From Camelus dromedarius (lineage: Eukaryota): a stretch of DNA of 64,000 nucleotides. The DNA is taken from positions 27,034,001-27,098,000 of the forward strand of contig NC_087437.1 of the NCBI RefSeq assembly GCF_036321535.1, written 5' to 3'. Under the pieces are notes generated by a model. The model did not search any database, was not told the origin of the DNA, and saw only the letters and a program-made list of their open reading frames with translations. A program made the translations under genes and the position numbers. This document shows, one piece after another, positions 1 to 14,754 of this stretch; the first letter of the stretch is position 1, and each line of letters starts with the position of its first letter.

Positions 1-1373
1 CATTGTTGGCTTTGTTATAAGTTCCTAATTAACAAGTCCTTTATTAATTTATAAGGCATATTTGGGAAATTTTTCTTTTGAATATATAATATGGCTTCCT
101 TGATTCTAAAACATTATATTGTCAAACTTTAAAGAAAAGCCTTAAAATCAGGTTGCACTAAATATATTGTTTATATTATTTGTAGTACTTGAAGTAAAGT
201 TTTTCTAACTAGTTCTAAAGTAAATATAGACTTTAAAAATAGAAAATAGTAAAACATTTTATTTTGAGATTTCAAATAATAAACCTAATAATTTAATGTT
301 GAACTATGCCTTTGCTGCTGAAAACGTGAACTATGATTATTTTGCTATAGTCGAGTCTTGATTGTTTTGCTTGTTCACTCATATGATTAAAAAAAGATGT
401 ACTGATGATCCAAGACACTCAGCTATCAAAACTAATTTATATTCGGTTTCAGAGTCTATTACAATTTTTTCATCAGTTTTACAGTTGAAGTTGTTTTTAT
501 TTCATTTTCATTGATACAGGTTTTCATTTTCCAGAGCTAATATTTAAACTGATAAGTAAAAGGAAAGAGCCTAGAAATACTTTGAGAGATAACCACAGAT
601 AGTTAAGTTTATTGATGCCCCAAAGCTGCTAATAATATTTGGTAAAGACTAAATAAATTAAGATTTTAATGATATTTTAAATGTTTTGTGTGTGGAGTAA
701 GTGTGGACACACAGGCAGACACATACACACTCACACACACGCATGTACATAAAATTGCTTTCAACATTAATTAATTTCTGACAATAGAAACTTAGGCAGC
801 TTGATTACTTTTATAATATATTACTTAAAAGATTGTTTTTCTAATAAAATGTTAAGTAATGCATCCTGAGACAGTGTAATGTTTTTTGGCCTGACAGCCA
901 AAGAATTTTTTTTTAGATTAATTATCATTTATAGCACAGTTTACAGTAAACATATTAATCATTTAAAAAATGTTTGTCTCAGAGGTGGTATCATTGAACC
1001 TTTTGTTTTAGTCAGATGCTTTTTAATTGCTCCAAGGTGACTTTCTACCAAAACTCTTAGATTGCTTAGACTCATTTTTTAGAATTATTTTCATTTTTCT
1101 AATCATTTAATCCATTTAATTTTTTCCAAAGAAATGTTTTAATTCTGGTCAAATATCGATGCAAAAATTACTGAGGTGTTCTTTACATATTTTATTTGAT
1201 TTTTATTTTAAATATGTTATTCTCTGGAAGTAAGAGAATGGCGATAGAAAAAAAAAGTGTAAAGTGATGAAAGTCTGCTTGAAAATGAAATTTTAAATAC
1301 ATTGCTGTATTCATTATAAAGGAAAACCTGTAAATCCTGGATTCTCATAAAAACCTCCTTTTCTTGGGGGATT

Positions 1374-1473
1374 GGGGGTGAGGGTATATAGCTCAGTGGC
1401 AGAGCGCATGCTTAGCATGCATGAGGTCCTGGGTTTTATCCCTAGTACCTCCACTTACAAGAAAAAAAGAAAA
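1374..1473 (+). mobile_element. tRNA-derived SINE (camelid Vic-1-like)
   Basis: GGGTATATAGCTCAGTGGCAGAGCGCATGCTTAGCATGCATGAGGTCCTGGGTTTTATCCCTAGTACCTCC plus an A-rich tail; A/B-box-like motifs. Confidence 0.85.
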
Positions 1474-2149
1474 GTGCAATGTAAAAATCTTTCCTTAATC
1501 ATGTCAGAAGTGTATTTGGCATTTGTCATAAGCGTCCGTGAATAACATCATATAAGCTTGTATAAGGCAAATCAGTAGGCACAAAGGCTCTTTCATGAGT
1601 TAAGCAAGGTTCTCAGGGAGGGAGGAGAAAAACAAAACCCAACTATCATACCCCCCAAAAAGGAAATTCTCTTAGAAAAGAAATAGAGGTATAATTTATG
1701 TCAAAACCTGCTTATATATGTTGCCAAATAAAATAATACAGCATATTTTCAAAACAATACTATATTTTTTTATGGAAACATTGAAGTCTGTAAACTTCCA
1801 GAAAAAAGTTTGATGAGGGTACACACTAAACTGATGGCACTGACTACTAGGGTTGAGAGTGGTCAAAAAGAACTTCAGGTTTATTTGTAATGTTTAACTT
1901 TTTTATATGTAAAGAAGAATAGTTTTGTACAGTTTAAAAATCATAATCTAGGCTTCAGAATAGGAAATTGTCTTCTTCCAGTTCAATTTTATATACCTCT
2001 AATATCTAAGGTAAGGACTTGATGTTATGGATATTGGGTGGAATTCATTTGCTCTTGGAAATACATCACCTAATAACTGAGGCAGCATGAGAGGTAGGTA
2101 AATGTCTGTAAAAATGCCTCTGATTTTTTTTTTCCTTTAAAGAATTTTT

Positions 2150-2370
2150 TTTTGGCCATTCTTTCTCTCTTTCATTCATTTACTTATTTATTTATTTATT
2201 ATTTTTATTGAAGTATAGTCAGTTTACAGTGTGTCCATTTCTGGTGTACAGCACAACACTTCAGTCATATAGGAACATACATGTATTTGTTTTCATATTC
2301 TTTTTCACCATAAGTTACTACAAGATATTGAATATAGTTCCCTGTGCTTTACAGTATAAACTTGTTTATC
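2150..2370 (-). mobile_element. 5'-truncated L1 3' end
   Basis: tttattgaagtatagtcagtttacagtgtg...ttccctgtgct motif shared with other L1 3' ends in the window (19465, 20210, 42025, 57165). TSD-like tttaa(a/g)gaatttt. Confidence 0.75.
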
Positions 2371-4751
2371 TTTTAAGGAATTTTGACAAGTGGACTTGGA
2401 AAATCTGCTGTGTTCTCTTATAAATGCCTAGTAAGGGGATTCCATCTTTTATCCTGACCTATTACCTAATACAAAAACCCTACTTCACATACTAATTGAT
2501 TCACTTACATTATTTTTATTATTAATGGGTATCTGTATGATCTTTCTATAATATATAATGTAATAATATATATGCCCCTAAGGCTATAGAATTAAGAAAT
2601 TTGCCAACATTACAAAGCTAGGATGCGAGATTTGAACTGAGGCAGTTCCCAGAGGCCTCACTTCCAAACACTGTCAGACTGGGGACTAGGTTCAACATAC
2701 GAATTTTTAAGGGACACACACATTCAGTCTATAGCACCTAGGCAAATAAATTATAAACAAGTGTTCAATGTATATTGACATAAAAAGATGGGTGATATTA
2801 CTGTGGTTAAGAGTATTTATTGTTCTCACCTCCAGGTCATGTGGAAGAACTGCGCTTCCATATCTGCTTTCTGTTTATTCTAGAGTTTTTACGGTTTCTA
2901 GACCACTGCCTTCTTTCCAGTGTTGCCATGGGTTTATAGCTTGTACCACTCTACTGTCATTTCTCTGAGATCCTGAGAAAGGAGAGAGGCAAATGTGTAT
3001 GCTTATTTTGCTGTGTTTAAGTGGAAGTCAGAAAAGCACACTTCTAAAGGGTTTTTATATTTTATAATATCATATCTTTATATTTTAAATGAATTTGAAA
3101 ATTAAAAGCATTTTATATTCATTTCAACCAAAATGCAACTCCTGAGATGGCCGCTAGAGGGGTTCAAAGATCAGAGTACTGGGACATTAAGGAGATAGAA
3201 ATTATAGAACATATCTGGAAAATATATTCACTCACTTAAAAGTTACAAATTTAATATCCTGGGTTGCTGCCCTTTCTTTTTATATTGCCAAGCTCCTTGG
3301 ATTAATCCTCTGTCCTCTTACCATTAGACTTATTCCTGTTTTTCCCCTGAGTTCTCCCAGTGATCGCCTCTTGTAGCAAATCATGTCTCAAGAGTTTGTA
3401 GGTCAAATGTTTGCAAAATGGAATGTGTTTCTCCATAGAGGTAGTAATACAAGTGATTATGGGTGCTGAGGGGAGCCCATAAAAACCTTAAATGGAAGAA
3501 CTGGGTATAGATTCACTAAAACAAGAAAAGCTTATTCTTATAGAATAAGAATTCATTTTGAAAGTTGGAATGCTAACTTTCTTTTTAATAAAGCAGATTT
3601 AGATGAAGGAAAAAGTAGAAGGTAATTTTGGGAGAGTCCTGCAGATGCTCTTGGTCATTTTTGTGTGCTTTAGTTACTGTTTTGGGGGGTTTTTTTGTTT
3701 TTTGTTTGTTTGTTTTTTGCTACATACATATAAACTTCTCTTTCCCTGGATACAAATTTTCACTATTACATTTAACCACAGTTGAGGTCATTTGGTGTAT
3801 ATAAATGAAATGAAGAGAGGGAAAGAAAGAAGAGAAATTTTCCTAAGATCACTAAACAAAAAACAGAAGCAGAAAGGAAAGAGAAAAAGGCATTACAGAG
3901 AAAAAGATATCCATGAGACAGACAGAGAAAGAGGGGAAGCAAGGGAGAAGTGAAGCAGAGAGACGCTGGAATTGGGGTGGAACGGTCACAGCCAGGTTGC
4001 CATCTCAGGTTATCACTTGAGCTGGGAGGGATGTGAGCACTCTTGGAAGAGGAAATAGGTACTGTGTAACCCAGGGGTAGTTGCAAATCGGGCACTGTGT
4101 GACTTGGGAATACCTCCACAAATCTCTTAGGAATTAAGTTCCTTCTAAAAGAAAAGTCAGCTGTATTTTTAAAGCTTTAAAATATCTGACAAAGCAGAAC
4201 TTCTTGCATTCACATCCTCAGGCAAAATTACTTCTGGGCTCAGTTTTGGTTATTTGTCTTATGTTCAACTGAAGCTAAACAGGTGAAATCCTAGAATTGT
4301 GGTATCACCAGAGAGAACCTTTCATTGTGTCCAGCCTACTTTGTTTTTGTGTCCTCTTCCCCTCTTCTTCCCAGCAAGGACACTCTTTTAAGTTTCTGTC
4401 TTAGCACTTATTTTTTGATAGTTTGGTAATATTGACCAGAGCAGAGAAGTGATCAGCCTTGGGCATAGAAGCAGCTGGATCCAGGGCAAAATATGGAGTT
4501 CATTGTTCAAAAATTAAGAATTTCAAGGCAGTGACAGCAAGCATTAAACCAAGTGCAGGTGCTTTTAAGTGCTGGGCCCTGTACAACTGCACAGGTTCAC
4601 ACAGCCATGAAGCCAACCTGCACAGAAGATGCTAGAATCTGAACTCCCTCTGATCTGAAGGAAGAGTCTTTGTTTCTGGACATCCCCCTGTTCTCTGGAG
4701 GAGAAATAGATAGTGGTTGACCTAGTGATTGACTGCTGCAAAGGAAAGGAA

Positions 4752-5390
4752 GATTTTTTTTTTCCAGAGGAATTTTAGGTTCACAACAAAATTGAGCTGA
4801 AGATTTCCCATACACTCCCTTCTTCCACACATGCACAGCCTCTCTCATTATCAGCATCCCTCAGCAGAGTGGTACATTTGTTATAATTGGTGAACCTGCC
4901 TTGACGTATCCTAATCACCCAAAGTCCATAGTTTAACGTTCACTCTTGGTGGTGTACATTCTATGGGTTTGGACAAATGTATAATGACATATATCCACCA
5001 TTATAGTATCAAATAGTAGTTTCACTGATCTGAAAATCTTCTGTATTCCTCCTATTCATCTCCCTACCTTTCCCCTGGCAACCACTGATCTTAACTGTTT
5101 CTATACTTTTGCCTTTTCCAGTATGTCATATAGTTGGAATTATACCATATGCAGCCTTTTCAGATTGGTTTTTTTTTTTCACTTAATAATATGCATTTAA
5201 ATTTTCTTCATGTCTTTTCATGGCTGATGACTCATTTCTTTTTAGCACTGAATAGTGTTCCATTGTCTGGGTGGACCACATTTTATCTATTTACCTACTG
5301 AAAGACATCTTGGTTGCTTCCAAGTTTTGACAGTTTTGAATAAAGCTGCTGTAAATACCCACATGCAGGTTTTCATATGAACATAGTTTT
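4752..5390 (-). mobile_element. Old L1 (L1M-type) 3' fragment
   Basis: Typical motifs: ttttaggttcacaacaaaattgag, ggcaaccactgatct, ttggttgcttccaagtttt. Confidence 0.7.
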
Positions 5391-6644
5391 TATCATAAGC
5401 CTTTAATCCTAAGCTTCTTGCTCCAGGTCCTTCCTGGCACTGAGGTCTGGCCTTGATTCTGAGCTTGCTAGCCTAAACAGCTTGCTGGCCAGGATTATCC
5501 CATCTGTGCCATGGCCTCCTAGACACTGACAATCTACTATCTGAACTTCCAAGTAGTGTCTGTCTATAATTCCATGTTTAATAGTTGGACATGGAGTGGT
5601 AACAGTTTAAAAGCCTAAGGTAGGCTTAAGGAAAGAAAGAAGATACATGGCTTTAAGTTAGGGTTCTTGGTTTGCAAGCAACAAAATGGAGTCTCTCTAA
5701 CTTAAGGGGCAAAGAGTAGTGGCAAAATATGTTACAGCTCACAGATTCAAATGAAAAGATAAACAGTGAGGCCCTGGAGATGACAGGAGCCAGAGTAGTT
5801 TAGAGTCTAGAACACTCCTCAAGGTTTCTACCAGAATTAGTTGGCTTTAATAGTTTTTCACTTTGGACATAGGCACAGCTCTGGCTGGGAAAGATTTGGG
5901 CATCTTAATTGACAGTCCCACCAAGATTGTGTGCAATGAGTTCTGGCCAATCCTCCAAAGAGAAACTGAAGTGCTATCACCAGAAGAGGAGTCGTCAATG
6001 CTGGGGCACATTTTAACAATGCACACTTTATTAATATTATGAAGAAACCCCCACAAGATAACTTGCTGATCAATCAAATTTTGTACAGAGTTCTTAATTT
6101 CCTACTTACCTTTGATCTTGAAATGCATTCATTTGGTTGAAATAATGTTTTTCAATACAGGCTATGTCCTCCAGATCCTGCTTTTAAATTCCACTTAAGC
6201 TGATTATATTAATTTATTTTGTATTAGATGCTTCTGAGGCCTCAAGAATATTATGTGTTCACTATGTATGAATGTTCCTTCATAATTGTAGCCACCACAT
6301 GCACTTAAATTATTCTCAAATACAGATGTGTACATTCTGTCTCCTTCTAGTACTGTATTACCAGTTATCTCCAGCATAAGTCTACTTGACTATCCAGTCA
6401 AAAGTTGAAATGTACCATTCACTGTAGTAAAAGTGCAAGTAACTTCCATGTTCATCCCAATTGGCTGGGTGCTCTGGAGATTTGAAGACAAATAAGACCT
6501 CAGTCTGTATCCTAAGAGACCTCAGATCTAGCGCACTAGACTTGGCTGCACAGTCTGAGGAAACAAATACATAGATGCCCAGACCCCGTCCTCTGCCTTA
6601 AATCAGAAGAACACCTGAGCAAGAGACAGGATTCTTGATTGTTT

Positions 6645-6970
6645 ACAGTCTTAGCTCAGGCTGCTACAACGACGTACCATACACTGTGTGGCTTAGACAT
6701 TTATTTCGCACAGTTCTGGGGGCTGGGGAGTGTAAGATCAAGGTGCTGGCCAGCTCGGTTCTTGGCGAGGGCTCTCTTCCTGGCTAGCAGATGGCTGCTG
6801 TCTTGATGTGTGTTCACGTGACCTTGTCTTTGTGAGCATGTGGGTCCCACCCTCATGACCAAATCTAAACCTAATCATCTCCCAAAGGCCCCACCTCCAA
6901 ATCCCATCACACTGGAGGTCAGAGCTTCAATGTAGAAATTTGGGGAAGAACACAAACATTCACTCTATAG
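6645..6970. mobile_element. MaLR solo LTR (MLT1-like)
   Basis: cacagttctggggg...aagatcaaggtgctggc...gagggctctcttcctgg...cccaaaggccccacctcc. Confidence 0.8.
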
Positions 6971-8765
6971 ACCACCCATCAACAACCACCATGTTTCCTC
7001 TGGAAACATCTCTCTTAGCTTTGTCTCTTCCTTTTTCTTTACAGTTATCATCCCATACTACTTTAGACAAGCAATAATAACTGTCAGTTACTGAGGCACC
7101 AGGCTAAACTTTTTACATATGACATTTTTTGGTTCTAATCCTTGTTAAAACTCTGTGAGGAGACTCAGTTACACAGCTAGCAAGAGAGAAAAGGATCAGA
7201 CTTTAAAACCAGTGATCATCACTCCTATGCTCTACTATCTCTATTGTCTCTTTTTTCCAGGCCATCTTGCACTCAGTCTCCAAAATCACCTTCCTCAGAA
7301 ATCTGTAGCACTTTTTTCTCTGCTCAAGAACTTGTAGTGCCTGCCACTGCCCCTGTTACACCATAGGTCTGATGAGAGCTACCTCTGCGCTGTTGGATAC
7401 CCGCCCTCTGCTGGCAACTAGGGTTGCTCCACTAGGCACTGGGATCTCTTTCAATATCTGGACACATTTAGTGTATCACGGTCCTGATGTGCTAGAGCAT
7501 CACGCCATAATTTATGTCCGTGGATAAGATGGAGAATGTCTCTCTCCCCTTTGCATTGTATTCTTCAGGGGGAGAGTTGTTAAAAACTATACTTCTGGGG
7601 TTCCAATGTTGTGCTGAATTTTTAGACTTTTAGACCTGTCATTTTTTTAAATCTATTTGGGCTGGGATGGGGATACAATCTGAGTGACTGTCCTTATGCT
7701 GGTGTTGGAATCATCTTTCTCCCAGAGACCTGCGCTCCGTTGCTGCCTGGGCTCTTGTTGTTTGGCTCCTTCTTCTCTCAAAATGCACCATTTCCCAGAA
7801 GGATGCATTCCATGTCCCCCCACCCACATCCAGATACACATCTGTCTGTCTGCCAGCCAGACCCCCCACGTCTGAGCCCCAGCAGTGGAAACCTAGGATT
7901 AATGAGATTCTCCACTTGCCTACTTTTGCACATCTTATTGTTCCCAGTTGAGATATTTCTTACCCTGCAGTGATCTTCTTGAAGAAGACTTTCCTCAAAA
8001 ACTCACCAAGTCTAATTATTCCTTGTGCCCTGTTTTGTGCTCCTGTCAGGTGGTTTGTAATGATTGTTCTGCAGTTACTGTCTCCTGTTATATATGACTT
8101 CCTACCTTGAGATACTCCTTACTTCAATCATTATGCACACAGTTACTGTATCAGTCTTCCTAAGACAAATGCTTTGATAAGGCTGCCAATCTTCAATAGC
8201 TCCCACTTTCTATAGGAAAAAGGTTTAAACTGCTTAGCCTGGCATTCAAGGTCTTCCACAATCTACCTCACTTACATTCCCCTGGTTTCCCATTCATCCC
8301 CTAGTGGAACTCCCCTTCAGCACAGCAGTCATGCAGTGACCCCTCTCTTGGCTTTTGTTTATTTTCTCTTTTCTTCTTCACTGTTTAAAATCTTAACCAT
8401 CCATGACATGCACACATTCAAACATTATTTTCTCTGTGTTGGTAATTAATAAATTAACATAGGTAAAGCCCTTAATAGCACCTTGTATATAGTAGGCACT
8501 CGATAGACAGTAGCTGATACTATTTGTTCTCATCTTATTGTTATTATTTCAAGAAATCCATGATCACTGGGACTACAAGGAAGAATGACAGTCCTTGCCC
8601 TTGCCAGGCTCAGCTAAAAGGAGAAGAGTCTCACGTAGTAATAACTGATTACAACAAAATATAATAAGTAGGCGGTCAGTGCTGAGTGCTTCAGGGGCAG
8701 AGAGCAGGAAGCACTGAAGATAGACTTCACTGAACATACAGTGAGTTGGCTTTGAAGAATGGGTA

Positions 8766-9565
<800 letters not shown>

Positions 9566-10203
9566 GGGGTACCTTCTTAAAAATTACATTTTTAAATTGT
9601 TGATAAAGGATAATTATTGATTTTTGTAAACTGTGATGTATCCAACAACCTTGCTATACTCAAAATTTCTCAATTGATTCTTTTTGGTTTTCTACGTATA
9701 TAATCATATTGTTTGCAAACAGCTGTAGTTTTGTTTCTTTGTAGTACTTACCCATTTTAATTCTTCTTCATGTTTTACTAAATTCACTAGTGCACAGTTA
9801 TACAATCTGGCACAATGCTGAATATGAGCAGTGAGAGTCAGAATGCTTAACTTGTTCCTGACTGAAACGGGAATTTCCTCAGAATTTAATGTTTCAAGTT
9901 AAATATGATGTTTGCACTTTTTGTTAGATGCCTTTTATCAGGTTAAAGAAATTTCCGTCTAAGTTTGTTGAGAAATTAATGAAGTAAATTGTATCAAATT
10001 CTATTGAAATAATCACATTTCTAATTCATTGTTGCAAAGAATTTCTAATAGTTTTTTTAATTAAAAAATGCTCTGTCATGATGTATTTTTTAATACACTA
10101 ACTTAAAACTGTTTCCTTCTACTCCAAAAAGTTCCATTCCTATCGATGCCAATATAATCAATTATTTGCTTTATTTCACATTACATGCAACAGTCTTAGA
10201 GTA

Positions 10204-10986
10204 TGTTACTGAGCCAAATTGGGTTCCACTAGCCCCATGCACAGCAAAGCCAACCCACTGACAACAGGTTGTGGTGATGGAAAGTACAGTGTGCACTGCA
10301 GGCCTCCAAGCAAGGAGAATAGGCAGCTAATGCTCAAAAAACCTGAACTCTCTGACAGCTTTCAGGAAAGGATTTTTAAAGGCAGCATTAGCCATGAGGG
10401 TTGCAGGGTGCGTCATCAGCTTGTGGACTTTCTTCTGGTTGGTTGGTTGTCAGGGTGATGTTTTGGGAATCTTAATCATCAACCTTCTGGTTCCAACCTG
10501 TCTGGGGTCCATGTACTAGTGATCAGCATGTAGTCACCGTCCTCCACCTGGTTGGGAGGGGTCTGAGTTTCTGCAGGATAACACAGAGATATACATCAGA
10601 TTGTTATGTATGTCCCTTCAGGAAGAACTAGGAGTCCTGTGACTCTACAGTTTAAGGTATTATTTTTCTTGCTTGACTGATTTCCTTTGTTTCTGCATTC
10701 CCTCACTTCTCTAATTAGTAACTCCTTGAGTCTGCCCTTTGGAACTTGGGGAAGGCCTAGGAGACTAAAGCCTTTTTTCTACAAACAAGAAATAGTGTAC
10801 ATGGATGGGCTTTTGTACCTGGAAAGGCCCTGCAGGCTTCTGCTAAGTTTTAATTCCTGATTTTCTTTGATACTTCGCAATCCTCAAGGGTACAGGGGTG
10901 GAACAAGAAAGGGAATACAGTTTTGGATAGAGAGGTTACTCAGAACCTTGGCAGAAGAACTCAGTTTTTTAGGGGAATTTGTTTCA
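10204..10986. mobile_element. ERV solo LTR
   Basis: TGTTAC...TTTCA termini, near-TSD agta/aata, LTR-like internal sequence interrupting an AT-rich flank. Confidence 0.65.
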
Positions 10987-12229
10987 AATAATAATACAAA
11001 CAAAATAAAAATCAATGTGACTACTGAAAACATTTTTAAGATTTTGGTTTTGCAGTTCTTCTGTCCTAAGATATAGATTTGTTTTAGTCACTTAAAGTTT
11101 AAGTGAGCTAAAAACTATTGTAAAATGTTCCTTAAATTAGGAAACAATTTGTGATCATGCACTGCACTCAAGCTATTGGGTATGAGGAACTATGGGCATA
11201 CACACTTACTGAGAACTTCGTTTTCAAATGTTTCTTGAACTCATAGCTGAAGTATTTCATAATTGCAATACTTGTGTTCAGTGATCCAGAATGACCAATA
11301 TTTATTAATTCTGAGGCTTTATTTTAAAAAATGGTTAAATTTTCCATTGCAACCCCCAATACTTTTCCCCAAATCATAAATCACTCAAGGCTCAGATACT
11401 ATAATTACTGAGACTCCCACTGATTCCCTGTGGTCTGTGTTCTGCATAGCTGCAATAAATAATAAATGAAACTTTTTCAATTCCTATTATATTCTTGACC
11501 TTAAAGACATTGTTGGGACCTGAAAGACATATCAACCAATGGCAATGATTTAATTTTATTTTGGTCCTGATTTGGACAAATGAACAATACAAAAATATTT
11601 ATTAAGACCAGAGAAATTTGAACACCAGATATTTCGGTATTAAGCAATAATTTTTTTTCAAGCGGGATAATGGCAAGGTCAGTTTTTCTTTCCCTCAAAG
11701 ATTAGTTATTTTTTTAAAGCTACATGCTTAAAAATCTATAGATGAAGTGATACGTCTGACATTCTCTTCCCTGGGGGAGAAGTGATTAGAGCTTATACTA
11801 TTTACGGTCAAGATTGTCAAAATACCAATACTTGTTAAAGGTCATTAATGAGTAAGGTCATTATTCCGTTCCTCTATATGATTGAAATTTTCCAAAAGGC
11901 TTTTAAAAAAATATTCTTTTAGGAGAGAGCACTATTGCAAGTTCAAAGAAAAGGCCAGAGCGCGCCCCTCCCAACAGTGAAGCATTACTGTTTGGAAGGC
12001 AGGGGCTTTCTCTTTTATCCCCACACCTGAATCAAAGCTGTTAAATAGGTATTCCTAAATGGCTCAAGGAGCTAAGTGTCTGAATTACATGAAATTGTAT
12101 GTACAACCCAAGTGTACCAGGAGCTATAATTAACAGGCTCGTCTAACATCCCACCAGCTGTTTCGTTTCCTCCCTGCTCATCTCACTCCATCCCAGAGAC
12201 TCCTCACACATCCAAGATGGTGGGTCAGG

Positions 12230-13070
12230 ACCGCGTAACAGGGTCAGCTCTCCCGGAGCGTGCGCTGGCGCCGGGAAGCGCAGGCGCATTCCTGCTTCCC
12301 CGCCCGACCTTGGCAGATCGCGCCTGCGCGGTAGGGAGCGGCTCGCGGCTCCCATTCGGCCTTGGGCTGACTGCAGTCTCAGTGTGAGGGCGGCCGAAGT
12401 GGCTGGCTCGTTTAAGATGAGACTTCTGCTACTTCTCCTGGTGGCGGCGTCGGCGGTGGTCCGGAGCGATGCCTCGGCCAACCTGGGCGGCGTGCCTAGC
12501 AAGAGATTAAAGATGCAGTACGCCACGGGGCCGCTGCTCAAGTTCCAGATTTGGTAAGTATGTTCGCCGGGCCCGGGCCGCCCCACGGCGCCTCTCCTCG
12601 GCACCTCTCAGTACGCGAGGCCCTGGCTTCGCGGCCTAGAAGGCTGAACCTTCCTTGGCCCGGAAGAACGGTGTCCGCGGCCTTTTGCTGCCTGCCTTTT
12701 CCGCGGCTCTTCCCGGGGTCGGCCAGGCCGCCCTCCTTGCCTCCAAGCACAACCGCCCACATCTTTTTTGGTTCCTAGAATGGAGGGAATGGGGAAGGAG
12801 AGCAGGAGAAGGTTAATACTGAAAGGCGAAGACGTGGGGACACTTGTCAGTACGGAGGACCGGTCGGCGGCGGCACGCCATGGCCACCCGGCTGCCTGCG
12901 GAGGTGGGCATGAGTCGGCGCAGTGTCGGCGGAGGAGCCCCAGCGTTTGTCACTCAGTTCACTTTTCCTTCCGCCTTCCGCGGTTTATGCCCGGCGGCCT
13001 CGCTGGCGGGCTAGGTGGAGGTTAACTCGGGTCGTTGGAGGGCCGCGAAGGACAGACGCCTTTTTCTCCA
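12230..13070 (+). promoter_or_regulatory. SELENOT CpG-island promoter with GC box and two NRF1-like motifs
   Basis: Very CpG/GC-rich compared with its flanks. GCGCAGGCGCA at 12278-12288, CGCGCCTGCGCG at 12319-12330, CCCCGCCC at about 12298-12305. No TATA box seen. Confidence 0.85.
12417..12553 (+). CDS. SELENOT: Selenoprotein T coding exon 1 (signal peptide to first two bases of Cys46)
   Basis: ATG at 12417 reads MRLLLLLLVAASAVVRSDASANLGGVPSKRLKMQYATGPLLKFQI-TG then the GTAAGT donor at 12554. This matches the known SELENOT N-terminus. 137 nt. Confidence 0.98.
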
Positions 13071-14621
13071 GGACCTGCGGGGGTGACTGTTGAGTGAGGG
13101 AGTAGGGATTCTGATAGCTGATAGGCGTGGATAGGTCCGGGGAGGATGATTTTCCGTTTGCAATTTCCTAAATGTCTTTGAAAAGGAGCACATTGCTCTT
13201 CTGACAACCGTTCGCTCCCAGACGACTGATTCTTCTCCCCCATTACCCTTACACCCGCCTCCTTGGAGTTCCCTGTCCTGGCATCTCTTTCTGCCTTTCA
13301 ACTCTCTTCTGCATTCAGAGAAGTAGAGAAAAACTATTACCCTTCCCCCTAAACCCGACAGTTTCCGACAATGTTCTGTAAGTGATTTTGTTGTTACCTA
13401 GTTAAGTGTTAGAAGCAGAGCAGTAAAGCCCCACAAGAAACCAAAATTGTAAAATTGTGGAAATTAGAATTCTGTATCTCGAAAGATGACGTTTGTTCAG
13501 GATAGGATGGTCAGATTAGTAAATCTTAAGAGTCCGGATACTTTGGAATATTGCTGTTCGCCATAATGCGTTTAAAATCAGCTTTTTCAAACTTCTTGTA
13601 TTGCTATGTGTACTAAAGTTTAGATTTTTTTGCTTACTCAACCAGTTTTTTGCTTAATTCTTAAGGACTGAGCAAAGCTTTAAAATTAAATCAATTTAAG
13701 TAATGTTTAAAGAGAGTCAGAAAATAAGATGGCAAGTATTTGTTTTTGAGTAGAGAAAATAAAAACCTTGCAATTACTTTCTGATTAAAAAAAAAGCTCC
13801 CTGTACTGTTTGTGTGTGCCGGCATTATATCATGGTATGTCATCTTTCATATGATACTGTAAATGGAAGTTATAGCTTGACCATTCTGACTTTTTTCCCC
13901 ATATATATATTTTTTCCATTAGAAAGTGACAGTCATTTTACCAACCTGTAAATAATGTTAGATTAAGTGTGATACTTTTGGGTTTAAATAGTTAAAAAAA
14001 AAAAAAAAGACTGCATTTCTCAAGTTATGTAATTTTCTATTTCCTATGGTTTCACTTGTGCTTTTCCAAAATATTCTTCTTTTACGGTTGCTTGTATTGG
14101 AATACTTGTCACTATAATGTAACAAATGTACCTTATCTGAGGTACATTAACAAAATTCAGAAAATGTGTTAACAGTTATAGGGAAAGGCATTCAGTCCTT
14201 CAAATAAAACTTTTGAAAAAGTCTTAAGTACGTCAGTTGAACTTTTTTGATACTTGGTTTTTGTTTTTTTTAAGTGCAAAAGTACAAACTTGTCCCAAAA
14301 GTCTTAAAAGTATTCTCTTTTAGTCACGCTGAGCATGTTACATACAAAAGTGCTTCACTGTTTTTTTTCCCTCTGTAGATGGGAAACATGCCCTATGCCC
14401 TACCAAATACAGGTACATTTAGCTTTTGTTTGTTGCTTTTCCCCCCAGAGATTAATTGGTACATAGTAAAGTGAATATTTGGTTTCTGGTTTTGGTAGAA
14501 TCTCTTGGGCATTCATTTACAAGTTTGGGAAAGGAGAGGAAGCTAAGACAATTGAAGATAAATATGTGAAAACTCTTTTTATTCCATTTGAAATCTAAGT
14601 GCTTAAAAAATGCAACTTTTC

Positions 14622-14754
14622 TTTTAATTTTTTTTAATTTTGAGGGGGAGATAATTAGGTTTATTTATTTATTTTAATGGAGCTACTGGGGATTGAACCC
14701 AGGACCTTGTGCATCTTAAACATGTGCTCTACCACTAAGCTGTAGTAATCCTCC
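14622..14754 (-). mobile_element. tRNA-derived SINE (Vic-1-like)
   Basis: Reverse-complement SINE body (ctggggattgaacccaggacc...). TSD tgcaacttttc (14611-14621) / tgcgacttttc (14755-14765). Confidence 0.88.

Noticed and set aside
1374..1473. tRNA-like sequence (also at 14622, 30850, 31162)
   Set aside because: A-rich tails, TSDs at three copies and mutual divergence show these are SINEs, not tRNA genes.
12143..13301. Cluster of overlapping ORFs on both strands near the SELENOT start
   Set aside because: By-product of stop-poor GC-rich CpG-island sequence; only the 12417-12553 frame matches a known protein with a splice donor.
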